64,000 nt of DNA, from positions 1 through 64,000 of IMG/VR virus record IMGVR_UViG_3300023174_000112; one strand, given 5' to 3'. Positions 56,437 through 64,000 of this stretch are shown one piece after another. Each line of letters starts with the position of its first letter. Within the stretch, counting starts at the first letter, position 1. A model generated the notes under the pieces. That model searched no databases and was not told the DNA's origin. It saw only the letters and a list, made by a program, of their open reading frames with translations. This DNA comes from a virus. Both the position numbers and the translations under genes were made by a program.

Positions 56437-58941
56437 ATGACATTTTTTTATGATTTAAACAAAAAGCTAGACAGCATTCGCGAAAAGCCTGAAGTCACAC
56501 ACAAACAATTGAATGAACGTGACGAAGGCAAGCCAGGCAAAAACTTTGCCAAAATTGCCAAGGATGCTGGTGACCGTTATGGCAGCAAGGCTGCTGGTGA
56601 ACGTGTGGCTGGTGCTGTGCGCAACAAACTCCGAGATCAAGGCAAGTTGGAAGAAGAAGGCATGAGCCGTGCTGCCAAAGGCTATGAAAAGTACGGCCGA
56701 GAAGGCATGGAAGCCTTGGCCAAAGCCGGACGCGAAGGCAAATCTCTTGACCCTGTTAGAAAAAAATACGACAAGTATGACGAAAGCCAACAAGTTGATG
56801 AGATCAGTGATGAACTAGCAAACAGAGCCGCTCAAGGTAGACGAGACCAATTTGATGCTGCCAAAAAGAAAAGTCAGGCTGCAATCAATGCTGAACGAAA
56901 CACTGTTGGCGGTTCTGAGGATGAAAAATGGGCCAGATGGGATAATTCTTTAGCTCTAAACAATGCTACAAATCAAGCAGGTGTAAAGATGGGTCAAAAT
57001 ATGCAGTTGCAAAAGTCCAGACTGGCACGTCAAGCTAATGCTGCTGTGGCTGAAGGTGGATCCTACTTGAACTATGCAGATTCCCATGATGAAAATGTTC
57101 GTGCTGGAAAAAAACCAGCTGCACCCACAGCACCAAAGCCACAAGGCGTAATGGACAAAATGAAAAGTGTTGGCAAGAAAGTTGCTGGCGGTATCAACAA
57201 ACTAGTTGGCCATGGTTCAGATGAAGAGATGCGTAAAGACGTGCAACGCAAAGCAGGTGCCGCTGTCACAGGCAAAATGCCACAACAAGTCAAAGAAAAA
57301 ATGTCACCAGCAAAACAAAAAAGTTTTGCAGCATTAGCACCTCCCACAGACAAAATTACTTTTGCTGACAAAATTGCCGGTGCCAAAAAAGAAGTTGACG
57401 AAATGCTGGGCCAAGTGGCTGCCGAAGCCATGCGCAATGCAGTCGGCGGCGGTCAAGGTCGTAATGCTGCCATGGACGAAGAACGTTCCAAAGGCACCGC
57501 GTTTGACATGAGCACACCAAGAGCTACCAAGCCCAAAGTTGGCAGCATTGAACGTGGTCACAAACACGACATCAAACACACAGCTACAGGCCGTATGGTC
57601 ACACGTCGTGTAGACGACCAAGGCAACAGTGTAGGCGCTGATGATGATTCAGATACACAAGCAGGGCCACGTGGACGTGGCAGACCAAAAGGCACTAAGG
57701 GTGCTATTGGCGCCAAAGGACCCAGCGGCCGGTCAAAGTTAATGACCAAAGAAGGTGCAAATCAAGGCCAAGCACAACAAATTGTTGATGATCTTGCTGA
57801 ACTCCGAGCAATGGCAAAGCAAGCACAACGTGGCGGCGAATTTCCACAAGGATTTGCCAGTCAGTTGGAGGTTGCACTGTATGCGGCAATGACATTGATC
57901 AAGAATCAACAGTCAGGCGATGCACAAGTTCGCGAAGAGTCTACAACCAAAAAAGACGACCGTGCTGAAAAGGCTGGTAAAAAGGTCACTAAAGACATCG
58001 AGTACGATGAAGGTCACAAAGGTAAAGATGACAACAAAGCTGAAAAGGCTGGCAAAAAGGTCACCAAAGACATTGAGTACGATGAAAAGAAAAAAGACAA
58101 AGAAGAAGAAGAAGTTGATGAGTCAACTACCAGTGGTTCGATTGCTACCAGCACTACCACCAAAGGCAGCAAAGGCGGTGTGTACGGCAAAGGCATTTAT
58201 GACTCAATGAACTTTGAGTTGGAACAAATGATTGCTGAATCAATGAGCATTAACATGAGTGATTCAACTGAAGGCAACAAAAGCCTTACAGTAACAGCCA
58301 CTGATGATGACGCACTGAAACTGGGCATGATGTTGAAAAATTCCGGACTGGGTGGCGGAGATTCACACAGTGGTGACATGCACTCACATGAAGAGTCATG
58401 CCCCACATGTGGCATGGAAGATTGTGGCTGTGGCGATGTGCAAGAAGCAGTGGACGAAAATGCACCTGACTGGCCCACAAACACAGAAACTTCAGACAAT
58501 GCGATGCAATACTCGGGTGGCTTGAACAAGCCCAAAGCAAGTGGCATGGCTACTGTTCCTGTCACAGACGTTAGTGTAGATGGAGAAGATATGTTTGGAA
58601 AACAAGCCAATGAAGATGCACTACGTAGAATGATGGAAATGGCTGGTATCAAACAAGCTGAACTTGAGCCATGGAAAGAGACCATGAAGGAAACAGCCGA
58701 CGACGTCTGCAATGATTGCCACAAAGATCCTTGCGAGTGCGATGAGAGTGTGGAAGAAAGCATTCAACGCATGCGAGAAATTGCCGGAATCAAGGAAGCC
58801 AAAAAGCCAGACTTTTTGGACATGGACAAAGATGGCGACAAAAAAGAGCCCATGACCAAGGCCATCAAGGACAAAGAAGAAAAGAAAGTTGATGAAAGCA
58901 TTTTTGCTTTGACCAACCAATGGAAAGCATACCGGGGGTAA
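56437..58941 (+). CDS. Charged mosaic protein (834 aa), putative internal head polyprotein
   Basis: Many hydrophobic-x-E sites, an AT-hook (GRGRPKG), two Cys mini-motifs, an EF-hand-like DMDKDGD and an internal duplication. Confidence 0.6.
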   Translation: MTFFYDLNKKLDSIREKPEVTHKQLNERDEGKPGKNFAKIAKDAGDRYGSKAAGERVAGAVRNKLRDQGKLEEEGMSRAAKGYEKYGREGMEALAKAGREGKSLDPVRKKYDKYDESQQVDEISDELANRAAQGRRDQFDAAKKKSQAAINAERNTVGGSEDEKWARWDNSLALNNATNQAGVKMGQNMQLQKSRLARQANAAVAEGGSYLNYADSHDENVRAGKKPAAPTAPKPQGVMDKMKSVGKKVAGGINKLVGHGSDEEMRKDVQRKAGAAVTGKMPQQVKEKMSPAKQKSFAALAPPTDKITFADKIAGAKKEVDEMLGQVAAEAMRNAVGGGQGRNAAMDEERSKGTAFDMSTPRATKPKVGSIERGHKHDIKHTATGRMVTRRVDDQGNSVGADDDSDTQAGPRGRGRPKGTKGAIGAKGPSGRSKLMTKEGANQGQAQQIVDDLAELRAMAKQAQRGGEFPQGFASQLEVALYAAMTLIKNQQSGDAQVREESTTKKDDRAEKAGKKVTKDIEYDEGHKGKDDNKAEKAGKKVTKDIEYDEKKKDKEEEEVDESTTSGSIATSTTTKGSKGGVYGKGIYDSMNFELEQMIAESMSINMSDSTEGNKSLTVTATDDDALKLGMMLKNSGLGGGDSHSGDMHSHEESCPTCGMEDCGCGDVQEAVDENAPDWPTNTETSDNAMQYSGGLNKPKASGMATVPVTDVSVDGEDMFGKQANEDALRRMMEMAGIKQAELEPWKETMKETADDVCNDCHKDPCECDESVEESIQRMREIAGIKEAKKPDFLDMDKDGDKKEPMTKAIKDKEEKKVDESIFALTNQWKAYRG
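57964..58086 (+). repeat. 48-bp direct repeat encoding AEKAGKKVTKDIEYDE twice
   Basis: Copies at 57964-58011 and 58039-58086 differ only at synonymous positions. Confidence 0.9.
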
Positions 58942-58944
58942 ACT

Positions 58945-59133
58945 ATGAGTTCAAACAACATGATGAGACCTTACAGTGAAGTGGCAGCAGAAATTGCACA
59001 GCGCAATGCCAACAACTATGTGCCACCTGCTGTGCCATCAGTGAAACAAACACCTGTGGAAATTCCAGGTGTTATGTATCAAGCACGAGAACTATTTCAA
59101 CCCATAGTCTCCAACACTCAAGGTGACAAATAA
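58945..59133 (+). CDS. Hypothetical protein (62 aa)
   Basis: Tightly packed in the operon; stop overlaps the next start (TAATG). Confidence 0.6.
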   Translation: MSSNNMMRPYSEVAAEIAQRNANNYVPPAVPSVKQTPVEIPGVMYQARELFQPIVSNTQGDK

Positions 59134-59459
59134 TGGCTGTTCAAGTAGTTAATTCAGCAAGCAACGTGGCCTGGACCGCAGACAAAGTAGAATTTGCCAC
59201 CACCGCAGCCAATGTGACTTTTCAAGTTAGTTTGACTCAAACAACTTATCAACAGTCCAATGGCACACCGGCCAACACCAGTATGCCAACTGGCAACTTG
59301 TACGCCAATGCCATTGTTGTGCCAGGTAATTCAGTGCAAACATACTATGTGGGTGCAGGCAACTATCTAAACATTGTGACAGGCACTGGTTTCACTGCCA
59401 CAGCAATGGGCACCACTACATCAGGAACAAGTGGCGTATACGGATCAACATCAACTTAA
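59133..59459 (+). CDS. Putative small virion protein
   Basis: Thr/Ser/Gly-rich, beta-strand-like 108-aa ORF. Confidence 0.65.
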   Translation: MAVQVVNSASNVAWTADKVEFATTAANVTFQVSLTQTTYQQSNGTPANTSMPTGNLYANAIVVPGNSVQTYYVGAGNYLNIVTGTGFTATAMGTTTSGTSGVYGSTST

Positions 59460-59461
59460 TC

Positions 59462-59836
59462 ATGAGAGCCACTGAGTTCCTTGTTGAAAAGCAAGAAGGT
59501 AAAATCCGACATAGATACCATCAGGCCACTCGTGGCTTGAACAAATTTCGTGATCCAGGTGGCTATGATCGTACCTATGAACTCAACCGCGTGATGATGG
59601 CAGTGGCCTGTGCTGACGGCACAGATGCTCCAATAGACATGGACTCAGCCAGTTGGGTGGGCAAATACAACACAGCACATCCCTACACTGACCAAGAAGC
59701 CAAGATGATGAAGCAGGCTTTCAAAGCAGTGGGCAGTGAAACACATGACATGAACCATGGGGACAATCGCAGTCAAGAACCAGATGACACCAACACCACC
59801 AGTCTGTTGAAAGCGTTCAAAGGATATCCCCGATGA
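59462..59836 (+). CDS. Putative internal head protein, paralog A
   Basis: Starts MRATEFLVE and ends KAFKGYPR. Confidence 0.7.
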   Translation: MRATEFLVEKQEGKIRHRYHQATRGLNKFRDPGGYDRTYELNRVMMAVACADGTDAPIDMDSASWVGKYNTAHPYTDQEAKMMKQAFKAVGSETHDMNHGDNRSQEPDDTNTTSLLKAFKGYPR

Positions 59837-60225
59837 GAGCTCACGAATTTCTTACCGAACAAGCAACGTTGCCTGCTGAACAAGCAGATCCCATGCGTTA
59901 TACCTATGTAATTCCTGGCCTCAGTGCAGCCGATCCTTATCGCAACTATCGATTTGGTGTGGCCATGGCACGAGCAAGAAGTGATGCTGGCGCTGATGAT
60001 CACTCAATAGATCCTTTTAAACCAGCCTGGAGTCCAGAAACAGCATTTGGAGAACACGGAGTGGTTGTGGGTATGAATAGCAGTATTGAGCAAGTTATTG
60101 ATCAAGCATTGACAATGACCAACACTCCCGGCGGCAAAAAAATAGTAAGCACTCCCACAAGCACAGAACCCAACTTTGTTGATGTACAAAGCCCAGTAAA
60201 AGCCTTTGCTGGCTACCCTCGTTAA
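59833..60225 (+). CDS. Putative internal head protein, paralog B
   Basis: Starts MRAHEFLTE and ends KAFAGYPR. Confidence 0.7.
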   Translation: MRAHEFLTEQATLPAEQADPMRYTYVIPGLSAADPYRNYRFGVAMARARSDAGADDHSIDPFKPAWSPETAFGEHGVVVGMNSSIEQVIDQALTMTNTPGGKKIVSTPTSTEPNFVDVQSPVKAFAGYPR

Positions 60226-60289
60226 ACTTCTCACCTTTTTATAATAGTCCTTGTTTCGCTAAATAAAGCAACTTAGGAATATTTAGATC

Positions 60290-60895
60290 ATGGCTAATCC
60301 GCCTCCACCATATGACAACATCACAGGCATAAGCCGTGCTGTAATGAAGGACAACGCACAAGAAACTATTGGTGCATACAACGGTGTTGCACGACCCAGC
60401 GAACTTGTGGTTGATCAACTCACACAAAACTTATATGTGGGCAACACCAACGGCAATCTAAACTTGATAGCATTTGGCTCTGGGGTCTCAACTCCAACAG
60501 CATTTGACCCACAATGGACCGACGGCAGCAGCACCACTGCTGGTTCAACAGTCACAGCATCATACACATTGATGGGACCGCTGTGTTATTTTCAAATTTA
60601 TGTAGACTTTGCAACCTGTACCAACTTTGGCACATTGGGGTATCAAATCACTTTGCCATTCCCGTCTGCGCAGACCATACGCATGGCCAATGGCACCTTG
60701 CATCAAACATCGGGCACAGGCAGTCCAGCAAATTTTCACATTGCTGGCATCACCGACATAGACGTCAGTACCACAGTTCACAAACTGTATTATTCAGGCA
60801 GCACCACAGACCTAGCCTGGAAATACAACACACCAGTCAACGCTACCAACACTGGCAGCCACTTTGACCTCTGTGGCATCTACCAAATAGCATAA
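60290..60895 (+). CDS. Putative virion/receptor-binding-like protein
   Basis: Late motif and SD upstream; ELVVD..NLYVGN N-terminal motif and a beta-rich C-terminus (ITLPF). Confidence 0.55.
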   Translation: MANPPPPYDNITGISRAVMKDNAQETIGAYNGVARPSELVVDQLTQNLYVGNTNGNLNLIAFGSGVSTPTAFDPQWTDGSSTTAGSTVTASYTLMGPLCYFQIYVDFATCTNFGTLGYQITLPFPSAQTIRMANGTLHQTSGTGSPANFHIAGITDIDVSTTVHKLYYSGSTTDLAWKYNTPVNATNTGSHFDLCGIYQIA

Positions 60896-60908
60896 TATAA
60901 ATACCCAT

Positions 60909-61715
60909 ATGAAAAAACTACTATTTGTGCTGTTGCTCACAGCCTTTCAATCAGCACAGGCCTGGGATCAAACTGCCCCTCTAGCAGTGGACCACTGTAA
61001 AGCCCACAATCCTTATGGTTGGGCACAGACTAGCAAACCGGTCACAGCCATTTGTCGTAGAGCATACTTTGTTGCTTATGATGCAGCCGCAAAGATTCCC
61101 AACTATGTCACATACACATTGACACCACCCAATGCACTAGGCTGCTGGCCAAGAACCAATGCGTTTGTGGCTGATGCTAGTGTAGCCAATGGACCACGTC
61201 CAGATGACTATGCTGGCACCGGCTACGACAAAGGTCATGCTGCACCTGATGGTGACTTATCATGGGACCAACAAGTGGAATACGAAAGTTTCTTAATGAC
61301 CAACATGTATCCACAACTGGGTGGACTTAATCGTGGCATTTGGAAACTGCTGGAAACTTCAGTGCGTGGCTGGACTGTGCAACAAAATCAAGCCTACACA
61401 ATCTATGTGGGTGCAGTATACAACACAGCCACTGATAAGAAAATTGGCAATGGTGTTGTTGTGCCACATGGTTTCTACAAGATTGTGATCAACAACCAAA
61501 CAGGTGCCATGGCTGGTTGGTACTTCCGACACGAAGGTGGACAGGGCAATGATTTGACCAAGGCTCGTGCAGCCATATCGGCTATAGAAAACAAAGCCGG
61601 AGTGAAGTTTGCTTATCCTGCCAATGCCCGGGAACTGCCCATTGGCAGCGAATGGCCCGTGGACTTTGGCGCACTCACAACGGCCAAACGTGCCAAATGC
61701 AAAAACAGTGACTGA
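60909..61715 (+). CDS. DNA/RNA non-specific endonuclease (NucA/Serratia-type) with a Sec signal peptide
   Basis: YDKGHAAP, SFLMTNMYPQ..LNRGIW and VPHGFYKIV motifs; N-terminus MKKLLFVLLLTAFQSAQA. Confidence 0.9.
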   Translation: MKKLLFVLLLTAFQSAQAWDQTAPLAVDHCKAHNPYGWAQTSKPVTAICRRAYFVAYDAAAKIPNYVTYTLTPPNALGCWPRTNAFVADASVANGPRPDDYAGTGYDKGHAAPDGDLSWDQQVEYESFLMTNMYPQLGGLNRGIWKLLETSVRGWTVQQNQAYTIYVGAVYNTATDKKIGNGVVVPHGFYKIVINNQTGAMAGWYFRHEGGQGNDLTKARAAISAIENKAGVKFAYPANARELPIGSEWPVDFGALTTAKRAKCKNSD

Positions 61716-61717
61716 GC

Positions 61718-61846
61718 ATGATTCACTATCACTTGTATCACGCCGCTTGGACAGCGGCGTTTGCATGGTTGATATGGCAACATGGTTGGATTCCGTTTGT
61801 CGTAGCGTATCTGGTCATTGGCACCATTTGTTTCTGGCGAGCCTGA
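61718..61846 (+). CDS. Small 42-aa hydrophobic membrane protein, not in the ORF track
   Basis: Translated by hand: MIHYHLYHAAWTAAFAWLIWQHGWIPFVVAYLVIGTICFWRA. It fills the gap between the nuclease and the next late motif. Confidence 0.5.
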   Translation: MIHYHLYHAAWTAAFAWLIWQHGWIPFVVAYLVIGTICFWRA

Positions 61847-61863
61847 TTCACCGTAAATAACGC

Positions 61864-63024
61864 ATGTCTAACTTTTATTGTGCCGCGCCCTGGCGGGGAC
61901 TGCATATCAATCCCCGAGGCGATGTCAAAACCTGCTGTGCTGGTGACCCCAACATGTTGGGCAACCTCAATGATCATAGCATTGAACAAATACTCAATAG
62001 CAATTTAATGACTGAGATACGTGCCAGTCTCTCACAAGGACAAGCACACGAATACTGTTCAAACTGTGTGCGAGCAGAACGGTTTGGCGCAGACTCAGAA
62101 CGTGCCTGGCACAACAATGTCAATCCTGACTTTGATTACAGCACCGCAGGCGATCAATACCATTATCCTGTGATTGTAGACGTGCGTTGGAATACCACAT
62201 GCAATTTGAGTTGCAACTATTGTGGCGAAGCATGCAGTAGTAAATGGGCAGGAATCAAAAACATACCTTTTAAATCTGGTGCTAGGCCCTACTATGAACA
62301 AGTGTGTGACTTCATTGAACAACACTATGAACACATACACGAAGTTGCGCTAGTGGGCGGCGAGCCGTTGTTGCTGCCAGAGAACGATCGACTACTGGAT
62401 GTTATCCCAGACACTGCTATTGTCACACTGATCACTAACTTGAATGTGGATTTACAAACAAACAAAATATTCCGTAAATTAGCACAGCGCAAAAGAGTTG
62501 GCTGGAGCATGAGCTTTGACAACATAGACCAACGTTTTGAATACGTACGACACGGCGGCAACTGGATGGTGTTGCAAGAAAACTTAAAGACCATACAACA
62601 GTTAATGAAGTCACAAGGACAGTGGGGCGGTGTTCATGCAGTGTACAACATGTACAATGCCACACGCATTTGTGAATTCAGACAGTTTGTGCAAGATGCA
62701 GGCGCCACTGTATTATGGCAAAACTTGTTTCAACCTGAGTACTTGGATCCGTTCCTGCACGGACCTGAGTTAGCTGATTTGGCTGCACAAGAAATTGAAA
62801 ATTTCTATGCCATGAATATAGCAACACCAGCTGAACGCCAATTCTTTGATCAGGCATTAAATAATTATCGTGCAATAAAACAAGAACGTCCTGGGATAAC
62901 ACAGCAGTTCCGCCAGCACATACATGACAACGAATCCAAGTATCATACTGATACTGCTGGTAAGTTCAAACAGTTATGGCCTGAATTAGCAGAAAGAATA
63001 TTGAATGATATCGCCACCAAATAA
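61864..63024 (+). CDS. Radical SAM protein with an N-terminal SPASM/twitch-like domain
   Basis: FYCAAPW..GDVKTCC..LGNL..CSNC, then CNLSCNYC and GGEPLL. Confidence 0.9.
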   Translation: MSNFYCAAPWRGLHINPRGDVKTCCAGDPNMLGNLNDHSIEQILNSNLMTEIRASLSQGQAHEYCSNCVRAERFGADSERAWHNNVNPDFDYSTAGDQYHYPVIVDVRWNTTCNLSCNYCGEACSSKWAGIKNIPFKSGARPYYEQVCDFIEQHYEHIHEVALVGGEPLLLPENDRLLDVIPDTAIVTLITNLNVDLQTNKIFRKLAQRKRVGWSMSFDNIDQRFEYVRHGGNWMVLQENLKTIQQLMKSQGQWGGVHAVYNMYNATRICEFRQFVQDAGATVLWQNLFQPEYLDPFLHGPELADLAAQEIENFYAMNIATPAERQFFDQALNNYRAIKQERPGITQQFRQHIHDNESKYHTDTAGKFKQLWPELAERILNDIATK

Positions 63025-64000
63025 AAATTTAGAAACGGTGCTGGTCAAAGCACCACACCGTAAAGAAGTATACACTGAAGATGAACTACTAGAGTTTGCG
63101 GCCTGTGCTGACCCTGTCACAGGTCCATTGTACTTCATGGATAATTTCTTTTTTATTCAGCATCCCACACGCGGCAAAATGCTGTATCATCCGTTTGAAT
63201 ATCAAACCAGACTGATAGAAACCTATCACAACTATAGATATTCAATAAGTCTAATGCCTCGACAAACAGGCAAGTCAACTTCGGCAGCCGGGTACTTGTT
63301 GTGGTACGCTATGTTTGTGCCAGACAGCACAATTTTAGTGGCTGCACACAAATACACAGGCGCACAGGAGATCATGCAACGCATTAGATACGCATATGAA
63401 CTGTGTCCCAATCATATTAGGGCCGGTGCCACTAGTTACAACAAGAATTCACTAGAGTTTGAAAATGGAAGTCGTATTGTGGCACAGACCACAACTGAAA
63501 CAACCGGACGGGGTATGAGTATTTCACTCTTGTACGCTGATGAGTTCGCATTTGTGCGACCCACTATTGCCAGGGAGTTTTGGACTTCTATCTCACCCAC
63601 ACTGGCCACAGGTGGTAAAGCTATTATTACAAGCACTCCCAACAGTGATGAAGATCAGTTTGCGTACTTGTGGAAAGGTGCCAACAAAACTGAAGATGAA
63701 CATGGCAACACCACAACACTGGGCATCAATGGATTCCGTGCTTTTAGAAGTGACTGGCGTGAACACCCTGACAGAGATGAGCAATGGGGACTGGAGCAAC
63801 TGGCACAACTAGGCGAAGACCGATTCCGCCGAGAGATGGAATGTGAATTTGTTATCAATGATGAGACCTTGATTGCTCCTACCAAACTGTTGGATCTAGA
63901 AGGGGTAGAACCCAATCGCCGTACTGGGCAAGTGCGTTGGTATAAAACTCCGGTCAAAGACAAGATATACATTGTGGCCTTGGACCCTAGCTTGGGCACA
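63005..64000 (+). CDS. gp17: Terminase large subunit (T4 gp17-like), 3' truncated; absent from the ORF track
   Basis: Translated by hand: PFEYQ, Walker A MPRQTGKST, GRGMS, Walker B LLYADEFAF, ITSTPN and the start of the nuclease domain VALDPS. Confidence 0.95.
   Translation, partial: MISPPNKNLETVLVKAPHRKEVYTEDELLEFAACADPVTGPLYFMDNFFFIQHPTRGKMLYHPFEYQTRLIETYHNYRYSISLMPRQTGKSTSAAGYLLWYAMFVPDSTILVAAHKYTGAQEIMQRIRYAYELCPNHIRAGATSYNKNSLEFENGSRIVAQTTTETTGRGMSISLLYADEFAFVRPTIAREFWTSISPTLATGGKAIITSTPNSDEDQFAYLWKGANKTEDEHGNTTTLGINGFRAFRSDWREHPDRDEQWGLEQLAQLGEDRFRREMECEFVINDETLIAPTKLLDLEGVEPNRRTGQVRWYKTPVKDKIYIVALDPSLGT

Noticed and set aside
63436-63999. Short ORFs listed in the track at the window end
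   Set aside because: They are alternative frames overlapping the large terminase, which runs off the window and so was not called.
1-64000. Stop-codon reassignment, introns or inteins in core genes
   Set aside because: Portal, protease, capsid, sheath and the visible terminase read through intact in the standard code, with no obvious self-splicing insertions.

Overview
The window is the virion-morphogenesis region of a large T4-like tailed dsDNA phage (myovirus). All assignments are by motif recognition only; no searches were run. Order: 3' end of a tape-measure-like gene with a Zn-peptidase motif; portal, core proteins, prohead protease, scaffold and major capsid protein; two candidate glycosyltransferases; about 27.5 kb of giant Gly/Asn/Ser/Thr/Ala/Val-rich repetitive fibre genes (up to 4422 aa); an inverted NUDIX / gp15-like / gp14-like block; a small sigma70-driven early island; neck, exonuclease, dNMP kinase, HNH, sheath, tube and head-completion genes; candidate internal head proteins; a signal-peptide-bearing nuclease; and the 5' part of the large terminase, which is missing from the ORF track. 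Three radical-SAM genes and an SGNH-like gene are interspersed. Main leads: (1) a possible late-expressed virion glycosylation/modification system acting on N-X-S/T-rich fibres; (2) a TAARTA late-promoter motif only 4-7 nt upstream of 11 start codons, implying leaderless cassettes; (3) a four-way-junction RNA leader at 8991-9060; (4) capsid-targeted internal proteins, including a putative protease-processed polyprotein. No CRISPR array, tRNA, rRNA or reverse transcriptase was seen.
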